This document shows positions 45,222 through 58,603 of a stretch of 64,000 nucleotides of DNA, piece by piece. The notes beneath the pieces were generated by a model. It was given only the letters and a program-made list of their open reading frames with translations, did no database searches and was not told the DNA's origin. The position numbers and the translations under genes are program-made. Each line of letters begins with the position of its first letter. Position 1 is the stretch's first letter. The stretch comes from the human T2T-CHM13v2.0 reference genome, Homo sapiens: the NCBI RefSeq assembly GCF_009914755.1, contig NC_060930.1; one strand, given 5' to 3'.

Positions 45222-47523
45222 AGAATCAACTTGTCAGATTTCATAAATAATTCTAGGGTTTTAATTAGTATTGATCAATTTTGAGAATAATATATGTAAT
45301 ATTTGATTTTTTCTTAAGGGCACATAGTCTGTATCTCAATTTTAGCAGGTCTTGAGCTTCTTTAAAACAAAATCTGTTACATGAGTATAATTTTATTTTT
45401 ATAGGTCTAGGTATGTGCATACAAATACACATGTGTGTAGTTTTAAGCTTTGACAATATCAGAAGTATGGACATAAACTTACAAAACATATTTAAACGTT
45501 CATTTAATTTTTTTACTTTTTTATTTTTGGGAATCTGAATAATACATTTTTAATTCTTTTTAGTCAATGTTTGCCATCTTCAATCAGAAAGACTAAAACA
45601 AAATTAAAAATTAAAAACTTATGATTCATTAAATTAAATGCATGTATAGGAAATGTAAACAAACTTTCAAATGGTTTTGGGGATAGGTTTGTATAATTTA
45701 TAAAAAGGCACATTTCAAAGTAGATAGAGGGGAAAGGCTTTTCTTGGCATTTTATCCTGAAAATGAGACTAAAAATATAAAACAAATATTTATCTTATGA
45801 AAATAAGAGATCATTTTAACTGCTCTTATTTGTGGCATACTGAAAGAATGAAATGAGAGTGTTTTGTTGTAAATTTTTCTGGTAATGTTGTATGAAAACA
45901 TGATATAAAATTATTTATTTCACATTTGGCATTTGTAACAAGGTCCTTAAACAGGTCAGTTTTACTTAAGTATGCAAGCTTGGTTTGTTAAGCACTTTGA
46001 TCTTAAAATCATTCTCTTTTAAAGCATTCATCTTGTTACTATCCTTCTTCATTTTCTCTTCTTTAATTGCTAACTGGACTAATTTCAAATGATCTGGTCT
46101 GTACCTTATGTAGTTCCCAAGGTCACTTTCAATGACTTCATGCAACATTATAATTTTTGCATAATTTTCATTTTCATATTGTAATTGGTTTGTATTGTAT
46201 TTTTACTGTACTATTAGAAATAATTTCTAATAATCAATAAGAGACTGACCAATAATTTAGCGTGACATGCAGGGATATGCTTCACTGAAGTTTGGGAACT
46301 AATTTTAAAATCGAGCTATTAAAATAGACTATTTTAATGTTATAATGACCTAATAATGACTTTATTTTTTTCTATCTAATCTCACAACTGTGGAAACTCA
46401 GAAAACTTTTACCCACACAATCATACCCTTTCATCACGTGAATATTATCCTGTGTTTTTTCAGTCAACTTCCTTTTTTGGGTAACTTTTATATTACATAT
46501 CTTTCCATGTTAGGGCCTAAAAATATACTTTATTCTTGTATGTGGTATATATACTTCATAGGTTTATCAACTCCCCTGTTGGTAGATATTTAGGAGACTT
46601 CTCATTTTTCACTAGTACAAAGAATACTGTGCACAGCTTCTTAAAATTATTATTATTATTATTATTATTTTGGAGGGAGCACCCAGATCATAGCTTTTTT
46701 TAGTTATATGAGAATATTTCCCGATAATAGACGTGAAATGAACTTGCTGGGTTGAGATGTTAGGTATTTTACATTTAAGCATATTTTGTCAATCTGTACT
46801 CCTCAATGTGTTTGAAAATTTTGCATTTCCATAGACAGTACATGAGCATCCCATATTATGCTTTGTCCAACTCTTGAATATTTCCAACTTCTTGTTTTTT
46901 GTTTCCAGCCTGATGGATGATGGCATTTCATTGTTTTAATTTGTGTTTTCTTACTAACTGGCAAGGGTGAGCATCTTTCTCTATGTGTATTACTCTTCCC
47001 ATTTTCTCTTTTGTGAATATCCTCAACATATATTTTGCTAATTTTTTCTGTTGAATTATTTGCCTTCTCTTGTTCATTTCTAAGAATGTGATATATGTTT
47101 GAAGTACTAAGCTTCTATCTCATATACGTTACACATACTTTCTACCTGTCTGTTGCTTATCTGTTAATTTTATTTATTGTAATGTTAATATTGTTTATGG
47201 CTTTTCAATTTTGAGGTGTTAAGAAGGCTTCTCTATCTTCAACTGTATTTTCTTCTAATGTTTTTATAATTTTATATTTAACAGTTTTAACATTACCTTT
47301 AAAACTTAGCTTTAAGTTAAGTTTAGGTTCTTACTGTGCTGGAATTTTGATTTTGTGAAAAATGTGAAGCAAGGAAATCCTGTGGGCTCTATCTTTAAAA
47401 TATGCCTAGTATCCATCTCTTCTCTCCACCTCAGCTACCCCCTGGTTCTAGACACCATCACAGTTACAGATTTCTGCAGTAGCCTGCTAAGTGATCATCT
47501 TTTGTCTGTACTTGTTGCCTTCA

Positions 47524-48049
<526 letters not shown>

Positions 48050-48189
48050 TCAGAGTAAAACCAGTGTGTTCATAATGGCTAACATGATCTGGCCCCATTC
48101 TCGCTGACCTGTCTCTTATCATTTTGCCCACCCTTTTCTTCATTCCTCAATGTCTTAAAGTCTGCATTGGCTTTAACTTACACACCACA

Positions 48190-48789
48190 TCAGCTCTATG
48201 CACATATCCCACTTTCTACGCAGAGTACTTAAGGACAACCTGCTCTGTTCCCATAGGCCTCAAGCTAGGTTGCTGCTATAACAGCTTCTTCTGCTTTAGA
48301 CTGATTGGCCTGCTCTTGCTGCTGTTCCTGGTCCCTTTTTAACATAAGAGCATAACCTTTCTTTTGCTTCTTTTTTAGGGTTCCTGTGTTGCCACTAAGT
48401 TTCAATACATGGGCAGCAGCTCTTCGCTCTTCATTTTACTAAGCACCCAAACTTGTGCAACTCAGAAGTGTGGAGGGTAATTCCTAAATGGTGAACTTTG
48501 ATGAAAGGGTGATGGAGTCAGTGGATAAATTATTTTTCCCTTTTCCTCGTTTTGGAGGCAGAGTAGCTTCATGAAATTTCTGAAAATGTCTTGCATGGCT
48601 AAACAATTGGCTTACTATAAATCTGTGTCCAGCTCAATGATATTTTCCTTTATTGTCTTCTATCTAATTCCCTGCTTTACTTCATTTTTCCAGCATTCCT
48701 GCTTCTCTGGGATTGTACTTCATAATAAAGTGTTAGCACAAATGTGTTTCCTTCAGGGTCTGTTTTCTACAGCACCATGGCTAAGACAC
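48190..48789 (+). mobile_element. LTR33-like ERVL LTR
   Basis: 3' end cctgcttctctggga...aataaa...cagggtctgttttc...ctaagaca. Confidence 0.6.
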
Positions 48790-48799
48790 ATTTCTCTGC

Positions 48800-49070
48800 A
48801 ATGTCATACTTTCACTGAAGCTTATCCCAGCCACCCACTCCAGGCACTGCTCACCCCCACAAATCTCTTTGACTTTTTCATTTATTATTATCTAATGTAT
48901 AATTTACTTAATTATTATAATTATTATTTGTATCTTCCCTCCTTCCCCATAATAAAAGCTTCAGGTTATAGAGAAACAGATATCTTTGTTTTGTTGATAG
49001 CTGTATCCCCAGCACCTAGAACAATGCTGGGCACATAGTAGGCCCTCAGTTAATATCAGTTGAATGAACT
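48800..49070 (+). mobile_element. L2 3' end (host of the Alu and LTR insertions; upstream part at about 47380-47570)
   Basis: gctgtatccccagcacctagaacaatgctgggcacatagtaggccctca...ttgaatgaa. Confidence 0.75.
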
Positions 49071-49989
49071 GAAATGAGGTCTGGTATTGATACTACTGAT
49101 GAAGCATCACCACCATTGCCACTATAATAAATTTGAACTTATCGCTGCTTCTTTATACTATCAGATGTAAGTTATGAGGCCTGTTTGGGCAGGAGCTTCT
49201 GATTGGCAATGTTTAACACTCTTTCCCTTATCAGCTTCCAAGAAAGTGGTTTGTTTTCTGTATTGGATGACAACGCTCCTCTTTCTACCAAAAACCAAAT
49301 AATAGTTGGTTTCCCAAAAGAAAGATGAGCTGAAAAAAAGAAAAAAAATTCCTTAAAGAATTGCATTAGATTTACAAATTAATTTGGAAGGACTCTTTAT
49401 AACTTTGAATATTCTTATCTAAAAGTATTGAATAACCTTTTATTTATTTAGGTCATCTCTTATGTTACTTGGATGTTTTCAAAATATTGCTTTATATCTT
49501 TGCTTTATGCATTTTTTGTTATATTTATTACTAGATAGAATTTTTCAAAACTAATATGAATAGACTCTCATTTTCTAGTTGATTGTGTTTGGTATATACC
49601 ACAAATGTTTTTTATTTCTATAATAACTGTGTATCTATCTTCCTTGCCATACTCATTATCATTGTTTTAAATAATTTGACATTTCTCACATTTAATTGCT
49701 CAACTTATTTGGAATTTTATGTATGACATTTAGTGAAGATCTAACTCAATTTTATTTTTCCAATTGCTCACCCAATTGTCTAAGCCATTATAGTTGATAC
49801 TTCTGTTTTCTCCTCATTAATTTATGATGCAAATGAGCATATACTAAATTATTTTGTGTTTAGGCTAGCTATGTTTTTTAATTATGTCCTCCACATTCAT
49901 TCCTCAACTTCATAGAGAAATCTATTCCCTTGATTGTGTGCTCTGTCCCTGGATGACTATGAAATGCTTGTATAAGAACTAAAAATAAC

Positions 49990-50542
49990 CATCTGGACAT
50001 CTCCAATGGCAATTACTTCAATACATCTAACTCACACCTGGCAGTCTTTCTCTATGTCCTATCTCAGTTATTAACACTGCCAGACGGCCAGTTGCTCCAG
50101 CCAGAAACTTTAGAATAATCCTTAAATCCCCATATCCGGTTGGTTGGGAAGTCTTGTGAATTCACTGTCCTGAACATCTCCAAAATATTTTCTCTCCTCT
50201 CCACTGACACTGCATTCATTGGAGTCCTGTCGGCTGTCAGATCTCAGCTTAAATGTTACCTCCTGGGAGAGGGTTTCCTGCCACCCTGTTAAAGAAGCCT
50301 TCATCTTACAGATACTGTTATATCACCTCGTTTCTTTCCTTTATAAATGTTCTAACAGTTTGTAATGACTCATTTAAAACTTTCTATTTTATTAATTTAC
50401 TATTTATTTCTCCAATAGAATGTAAGTGCTGTGACAGTGGGCCTTGTCTATTTTGTTTTCTATAGTAACTACAGTGTCTAGTTTTTAGCGTATAGCAGGC
50501 ACTATGTAATTATGTGAGAATGAATGAATGAAAGAATGAATG
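49990..50542 (+). mobile_element. L2 3' region
   Basis: atctcagcttaaatgttacctcct...tagaatgtaag...tgaatgaatgaa. Confidence 0.7.
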
Positions 50543-51139
50543 ACACAATGCCCTTTTATTAGGTTTATTTGCTTCCACCTGTCTTAGTCATTTTCTTCCA
50601 AACAACCTCTGCACTGATAGAACTGGTTACCAAAATAGAGATCTAATCATGATAAATCTCATCTTAAAAACCCATCACTGTCTCCCTAAGTACAAGATAG
50701 ATACTACCTTCCTTAGCCTATAAAAAATGATAGAACTGCTTTGAATCTACTTTAAATGAAGTTTTGAGTAGAATTGAATATATGATATTAGATCAAAATC
50801 TTAAAATTCATATTTCTGTATTAAATTCTGTATTTAGAAAAACTGAGTAGTTTTAGAGGGAAAAAAACTAACATGAGTTAATCCAGATTATGTGTATCCT
50901 TTCGTCAAAGATGTTTCCAACTTATTTTTTCTCACATATTAAATTCTTTTATTTCTATTCTCCATAGGGATTTTTTTGTTTCTATTAATTTTTTTTCTAT
51001 ATTTTAGAATCTTAACCCTTAAACACTATTTGTTTTTCTAGGTAGAGCTACAGAAATCCTACAGAAAATAATTGTGTTTTGAGATTAGACGGTGAGGTTG
51101 ATTTCTCTTACGCCATTTTTCCTTCTACGGATAATAAGC

Positions 51140-51328
51140 CAGCAATGTGTGATAAAACTTTCAGTGACAAGGAAAATGTGCTGTGTTCACAAATACTGTC
51201 CACATGTGGCGTTTGAATATCTAAAATGACTAGGTGACTGAAGACTTGAATTATTAGTTTTATTTTATTTTAACTTATTTAAATTTAGCTAATCATGTGT
51301 AGCTAGTGGATACTGCATTGGACAGTGC
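51140..51328. mobile_element. MER3-like hAT MITE
   Basis: aaactttcagtga...ccacatgtggc...gtgactgaagacttgaatt...gctagtgg...attggacag. Confidence 0.7.
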
Positions 51329-51683
51329 TAAACACTCCAGGAAGAAGGCAAAAATTATCAGCCTGTTTGAAAAAGCAAGACTCAATTATCAGCTGACTAT
51401 AGGAGACAACTTTTATACATAAAGATGGAGGATGAGAAAAATATGCAAAGCAAAGATTAATTATAAAAAATATAGAATGGATATATGACTATCGTGCAAA
51501 TGGATTTTAGCAGAAAAAATATTACCAGAGATAAAGAGAGATATTTAATAGTGATAAAAGATCAGATTTTGAGGAAGATATAACAATAGTAATGTGTGGA
51601 CACTGATAATAGAGCTTCGTCATGAGTAGAAATATTATGATGAAGAACTCTTAATCTTAAAATGATGAAAAATCTCATAAGAT

Positions 51684-52210
51684 TGTGGTGGTTTTAAAAT
51701 ATATTCACACGTTTTCTGATACTCCCCCTTTGTAAGGCGGAGTAACCTAATTTCCTGTATCTTGAGTGTGATCTGTACTTATTAATCTACTTAGAGTAAA
51801 CAGAACTTGATGGAAGAAGTGATGTGTGACTTCTGTAACTAAGTCACAAATGGCATTATGGATTTCTCCGTGCCCTCTTTGTCTCTCATATCACTTGCTC
51901 TAGGTAAGCCAACTGCCATGTCATAAGGACACCTAAGGACCCCTATGGTGAAGCACATGTGGCAAGAAGCTAAAGTCTCCTGCCAATGGCCATCTTAGAC
52001 ATGGATCCTCTAGCCCCATTCTAGTCTTCAGATGACTGTAACCCTAGCTAACTTCTTTATTGCAACCTCATGAGAGACCCTGAGTCAGAACTACCTGAGT
52101 AAATTATTTCTGAGTTCTTGATCACAGTAACTCTCAGATAATAAGTGTTCACTTTTTTAAGCTGCTAAACTTGATAGCAATTTTTTATTAAGCAATAGAT
52201 AACTAATAGA
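51684..52210 (+). mobile_element. MLT1G-like MaLR solo LTR
   Basis: tgtggtggttttaaaat...gatactccccc...; ends gcaatagataactaata. Confidence 0.8.
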
Positions 52211-53233
52211 AGACATAAAAGGTGAAATAGAAATAGCCACAATTATAGTTGGAGATTTCACTGCTTATCTCTTAGTAATTGATAGAACAAATTAACAGCA
52301 AATGGTAAGTATAAAGAAAAATGCTATAAACAAACTTGACTTAATTAACCTTTATAGAACACTCCACCTAAGAAAGGCAGAATACTATTGTTTTCAAGTG
52401 AATATAGAATATTCACAGGTATAGATATACCATATCCTAGAATAAAAAACAAGTTTCAGTAAGTTAAAAAGTATTGAAATCATGCAGATTATGTTCTCTG
52501 ACCATAAATAAATTAATGAGAAATTAATAACAATAAGATATTGTTATTTCTAGCAAAAATAATAATAATATTATTATCAACAATAAGATATTGTTATTTC
52601 TAGCAAAAGCTCAAAAAATTGAGTATTAACAACACACTTAAAAATAACATGTAGGTCAAAGAAGAAAACACAAAAGAAATATTTCAAGTTTTTCGTTGAA
52701 TAAAAAATTTTTAATTTTCAAATTTGTGTGATACATCTAAGACTCTACATAGAGGAAAATTTAGTGCTTTAATACTTAGGAAAGAAGAACAGTCTACAGT
52801 CAATCTAAGCTTCCACCATAAGAAGCTATAATAAAACGATGAGTGAAGTAATCCCAACATAAGTAGAAGGAAGGAAATTTTAAATATTGAAGTAGAAATT
52901 GAAGATACAGAAAATTAAAAAACAATAAAATAAAAACTAGTAAAGCCAAAAGCTGATTCTTTGAAAGAATCAACAAAATTGACAAGCCTCTAGTTTGACT
53001 GATGTTAAAAAAATTGAGGAGACACAAATTACCAATATCAGGAAAAGGGGGTATCATTAAAGATCCTATAGACATTTAAAGGATAATAAAAAACTATTTT
53101 GAATAACTTTTTGCCAATAAATTTGACAACCTAAACAAAATAGATACATTCCTTAATAGGTACAAATCACTAAAACTGATATAAGAAGAAATAGAAAATC
53201 TGAATAGTAATTCTATATTTACTTAAAATATCA

Positions 53234-55524
53234 TGATATGATTTGGCTCTGTGTTCCCACTCAAATTTCATTCTGGATTGTAGCTCCCATAATTCCCATG
53301 TGTTGTGGGAGGGGCCTGGTGTGAGATAATTGAATAATGGGGCAGTTTTGCCCATACTGTTCTTGAGATAGAGAATAAGTCTCACGAGATCTCATGATTT
53401 TACAAGGGGGAGTTTCCCTGCACAGGTGCTCTTTGCCTGCTGCCATCCATGTAAGACATGACTTGCTCCTTTTTGCCTTCTGCCATGATTGTGAGGCCTC
53501 CCCAGCCATGTGGAATTGTGAATTCATTAAACCTCTATCCTGCATAAATTACCCAGTCTCAGGTATGTCTTTATTAGCAGCATGAAAATGGACTAATACA
53601 GTAAATTGGCACCAGTAGAGTGCAGCACTGCTGAAAAGATACCTGAAAATGTGAAAATAACTTTGGAACTGGGTAACGGGCAGAGATTGGAACAGTTTGA
53701 AGGGCTCAAAAGAAGACAGGTAAATGGGGGGGACGTTTGGAACTCCCTAGGGACTTGTTGAATGGCTTTGACCAAAATGCTGATAATGATACGGATGATG
53801 AAATCCAGGCTAAGGTGGTCTCAGATGAGGATGAGGAACTGCTTGTGAACTGGAGCAAAGGTGATTCTTTTATATTTTAGCAAAGAAACTGGTGGCATTT
53901 TGCTTCGCCCTAGAAATTTGTGGAACTTTGAACTTGAGAGAGATGATATAGGGTATCTGGTGGAAGAAATTTCTAGGCAGCAAAGCATTCAAGGGGTGAC
54001 TTGGGTGCTCTTAAAGGCATTCAGTTTTAAAAGGGAAGCAGAGCATAAAAGTTTGGAAAATTTGCAGCCTGACAATGCAATAGAAAAGAAAATCTCATCT
54101 TCTGTGGAGAAATTCAAGCTGGCTGCAGAAATTAGCATAAGTAACAAGGAGTTGAATATTTATCACCAAGACTATGGGGAAAATGTCTCCAGGGCATGTC
54201 AGAGACATTTGCAGCAGGCTGTCCCATCACAGACTGGAAGGCCTAGGAGAAAAAAAATGGTTTGTGGGCAGGGCCCAGGGTCCCTCTGCTGTGTGAAGTC
54301 TAGGGACTTGGTGTCCTGTGTTCTGTCTGCTCCAGCTGTGACTAAAAGAGGCCAAGGTATGGCTCAGGCCATGGCTTTGAGGGTTCAAGCCCCAAGCCTT
54401 GGCAGCTTCCATGTGGTGTTGAGCCTGCCAGTGCACAGAAGTCAAGAACTAAGGTTTGGGAACCTCTGCCTAGATTTCAGAGGATGTATGGAAGCGCCTG
54501 GATGTCCAAGCAAAAGTTTGCTGTAGGGGCAGGGCACTCATGGAGAACCTCTGCTAGGGCAGAGCAGAAGGGAAATGTGGGGTCAGAGCCCCCCCACAGA
54601 ATCCCTACTGGGGCACTGCCTAGTGGAGATGTGAGAAGAGGGCTGCTGTCCTCCAGACCCCAGAATGGTAGATCCACTGACAGTTTGCACTGTGTGCCTC
54701 GAAAAGCCACAGACACCCAACACTAGCCTGTGAAAGCAGCCAGGAGGGACGCTGTACCCTGCAAAGCCACAGGGGCAGAGCTGCCCAAGATCATGTGAAC
54801 CCCTGCCTTCCATCAGTGTGACCTGGATGTGAGACAATCAAAGGAGTCAAAAGAGATCATTTTGGAGCTTTAAGATTTGACTGCCCCCGTGAATTTCTAG
54901 CATGGGGCCTGCAGCCCCTTTGTTTTGGCCAATTTCTCCCATTTGGAATGGCTGTATTTTCCCAAAGCTGTACCCTCATTGTATCTAGGAAGTAACTAAC
55001 TTGCTTTTGGTTTTACAGGCACATAGGTGGAAGGGACTTGCCTTGTCTCAGATAAGACTGTGGACTTTTGAGTTAATGCTGAAATGAGTTAAGAGTTTGG
55101 GGGACTGTTGGGAAGGCATGATTGGTTTTGAAAAGTGAGGACATGAGATTTGCTAGGGTCCAGGGGTGGAATGATATGGTTTGGCTCTGTGTCTGCATCC
55201 AAATCTCATCTTGAACTGTAGCTCCCATAATTCCCATGTGTTTTGGGAGGGACTAGTGGGAGATAATTGAATGATGGGATGGTTTCCCCCATACTGTTTT
55301 CGAGGTAGTAAATAAATCTCAGTCAGATCTGATGGTTTTATAAGGGGTTTCTACTTCTGCGTCTCTCTCGTTCTCTCTTGCCACTGCCATGTAAGAAGAG
55401 CTCTTCACTTTCTGCCATGATTGTGAAGCCCCACCAGCCATGTGGAACTGTGAGTCCAATAAACCTATTTTTCTTCCCAGTCCTGGGTATGTCTTTATTG
55501 GAAGCATGAAAACGGACTAATACA
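53234..55524 (+). mobile_element. Full-length THE1 (A/B-type) MaLR: 5'LTR 53234-53600, internal 53601-55171, 3'LTR 55172-55524
   Basis: Two tgatatg...gactaataca LTRs; internal starts gtaaattggcaccag; purine tract before 3'LTR; TSD TATCA/TATTA; residual internal ORF 53861..54526. Confidence 0.93.
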
Positions 55525-55789
55525 TATTATATTTGAAATTTATAGTGAAAAACCTTTCAAAAAAGTAAACTATAGCCCAAAATGGTTTCACTGGTAAATT
55601 CTATCCAACATGATGTAGGGAAGGAATTATAGAAACCCTATATGAACTGTTTCAGGAGGAAGTATGCTCCAACTCATTATGTAAGGTCATCATAACCATG
55701 ATACCCAAACCAGATAAAGATATTACAAGAAAAATTACGATAGACTGATGTCCCTTATAAATATAGAAACAAACATACTTTTTTAAATA

Positions 55790-56030
55790 GAAAAAGCTTT
55801 ATTCAAGTATAATTGATATACAAAACACTGTACATATTTAATGTATACAATCTGATGAGCTTGGACATATACATACACTCGTGAACCAATGCCATAATCA
55901 AGGAAATAGACATGTCTATCACCTCTAAAAGTTTCCTCATGTCCCTTTCTTCTGTGTGTGTGGCAAGAACACTTCACACGAGATCTACATTATAAAATAT
56001 TAAGTGCACAGGATAGTATTGTTAACTATT
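55790..56030 (-). mobile_element. L1MB-like 3'-terminal fragment
   Basis: ctttattcaagtataattgatatac...atcacctctaaaagtttcctc...gtattgttaactat. Confidence 0.7.
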
Positions 56031-56066
56031 AGATACAACAATGCTTAACAAAATATTAATTAATCT

Positions 56067-56190
56067 ACTCAGGTGCACTCAAAATGGGTGCACTAAAATC
56101 TTAGACTTCACCACTATACAATTCATTCATGCAACCAAAAGTCACATGTATTCCAAAAGCTTTTTGAAATAAAAAAATTATTTATTTAAG
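56067..56190 (+). mobile_element. L1PB-like 3'-terminal fragment
   Basis: gggtgcactaaaatcttagacttcaccactatacaattcat...tgaaataaaaaa. Confidence 0.7.
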
Positions 56191-56859
56191 AAAAAATAGT
56201 AAATCTAAACTGGTGATATATAAAGGGATAATACATCATGACTCACTGGGGTTTATTGCAGGACCGTGAATTTGATTTAATGATGAAAATCAGTCACTAT
56301 AATTCACCATATTAACCAAACAAAGAAAACAAATCATGTTTATTTAAACAGATGCAGAAAAAGCATTTACCAAAATTTAATATTATTTTGTCACAGAAAC
56401 TCTCAACAAAAGAAGAGAATTCCCTCCACTTTGTACTGAGCATCTATTGAAAACCTGGAGCCATCATCATAACGGTGAACGAATGTTTTTTCCCTCTGAT
56501 AAGAAATTAGGCAAAAATGTCCACTCTTACCATTTCTATTCAACTTTTTAACTGGAAGTCACAGCCAGAACCAAATAGCAAGAAAAAGTGTAAAAAGCAT
56601 ACAGATTGGAAAGATAGAAATAAAACTGCCTTTATTTTTGGATAGCATAATCCTATATATAATAATCCTAAAGAATCAACATATAAACTACTTACAAGTG
56701 ATTTCAACAACTTTTTAGGATCCGATGTATATAACCTATATCACTTATATTACTATGAAACTAAATTTATGAAAAATTAAATTGAAAAATATTTACAATA
56801 GCACTCAAAAACTTGAAACACAAGTTAAATTTTAGAAATTATGTTGACATGTACATGAA

Positions 56860-57120
56860 TGGGAAGCCAAGTTGGGAGGATTGCTTGAGCCCAGGAGTTT
56901 GAGACTGGCCTTGGCAACATAGTAAGACCTTGTCTCTCAAAAAAAAAAAAAAAAAAAAAATTAATTAGCTGGGTATGGTGGCATATGCCTATAGTTACAG
57001 ATACTCAGAAGGCTGAAGTGGGAGGATTGATTGAACCCAGGAGGTTGACGCTGCAGTGAGCCATGACTGTGCCACTGCACTAGAGTCTGGGTCATATAGC
57101 GAGACTCATCTCAAGAAGAA
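56860..57120 (+). mobile_element. AluJ, 5'-truncated, expanded A linker
   Basis: ggaggattgcttgagcccaggag; TSD GACATGTACAT at 56846-56856 and 57380-57390 flanks this and the next Alu. Confidence 0.88.
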
Positions 57121-57370
57121 GCGCGGTGGCTCACATCTGTAATCCCAGCACTTTGGGAGACCGAGGTGGGTGGATCACTTGAGGTCAGAAGTTCAAGACC
57201 AGCCTGGCCAACATGCTGAAAACCTGTCTCTACTAAAAATACAAAAATTAGGTAAGCCTGGTGGCACACATTTGTAATCCCAGCTACTTGGGAGGCTGAG
57301 ACAAGAGGATAGCTTGAACCTAGGCCAGAGTGAGACTCTGTCTCAAAAAAAAAAAAAAAAAAAAAAAAGA
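57121..57370 (+). mobile_element. AluS inserted in the AluJ tail; right arm has an internal deletion
   Basis: Normal left arm; gcttgaacctagg joins directly to cagagtgagac. Confidence 0.88.
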
Positions 57371-57599
57371 AACCCAAAAGACATGTACATTCAAAACTAT
57401 AAGGCACTGCTTAGAATATTAAACATGTAAATAAATGAAGACGGGCTATATTTGTGAATGGAAGTCTAAATATTGCTAAGATATCAATTATCCCACAATT
57501 TATCTGTAGGTCCAACCTCATTACAATCATGTTCCCTACTCTCCTTTTTTGGGTAGAAATTAATAAGCTGATATTTAAAATTATATGGACTTAAGAAAA

Positions 57600-58430
57600 C
57601 TAAACATATTCTTACCATATGATCCAGGCAATTGTGCTTCTGGGTATTTACTCAAAGGAGTTGGAAACTTGTGTCCACACAAAAACCTTCACATGTGAAA
57701 TATGAGAATAGTTATAATCTATAGTGACAAAATTAGATCAGCAGTTGCCTTTTTCTGGGAATGGAGGTTGGAGGATTTATTGCAAAAGGTCAGATGTTGA
57801 TAGCAGTTGTATCAATAATTGTCAAAACTTGGAACCAACCAAGGTGTTTTTCATTAGATGAATGGATGAGTAAACTGTGGTACTTCAAGATAACGAAATA
57901 TTTTTTCAGTGCTAAAAAGAAATGAGCTATCAAGCCATGAAAAGAGGAAACTTAAATGCATATTACTAAGTGAAAGAAACTTATCTGAAAGGCTATATAT
58001 TGTATGATTCCAAATATATGACCTTTTGGAAAAGGTAAAACTAAGGGGACAGTAAAAAGATCAGTGGTTGCCAGTGTTTGGAGGTGGGGACAGGGAGGAG
58101 GCATGAATACGTGGAGCACAGAGGAATCTCAGGGCAGTAAAATTACTCTATATGATAGTGTAATGTTGGATACATGTCATTATAAATTTAATGTAATTAT
58201 AAATTACATTAAACCCTAATGTAAACTATGAAATCGGAGTGATAATGATATGTCAATGTAGGTTTTCAGTTGTGACAAATATATCACTCTGATGGGGCAT
58301 GTTGATAAAGGGGGAGGCTATGAATGTGTTGGGTCAGAGGTATATGGAAAATCTCTGTACCTTCTGCTCAACTTTGTTGTGAATCTAAAACAGCTCTAAA
58401 CAATAGTCTATTAAAATTAAAAAATAAAAT
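57600..58430 (+). mobile_element. L1MC-like 3' end
   Basis: Homologous to 520-1130 of this window (aaaagaaatgagctatca...gtgaaagaa...aaaactaaggggacag...atctctgtacctt). Confidence 0.8.
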
Positions 58431-58603
58431 ATTCAACTTCACCAATGAATAGATTTTTACCTAAATATTACATAATATGTGAAGAACCTAAAATAGTAAA
58501 GATAATTTTGTTTTGTAAAACAACATTATAGGATTTACCTTACCTAACTTTGAGGCTCACTGTAAAGCTACAGTAATAGAGACTGTGATAGTGGAATAAG
58601 GAG

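Noticed and set aside
48571-49038. 155-aa hydrophobic ORF
   Set aside because: Spans an LTR33-like/L2 junction in T-rich sequence; no recognisable protein.
53861-54837. 221-aa and neighbouring ORFs as a novel gene
   Set aside because: They lie in the THE1 internal region and are decayed, frameshifted MaLR ORF remnants.
53327-55274. DUX4 sites in the THE1 LTRs as an alternative LAMA2 promoter
   Set aside because: Both copies deviate from the TAATTGAATCA-type motif (TAATTGAATAA at 53327, TAATTGAATGA at 55264); no sequence support for activity.
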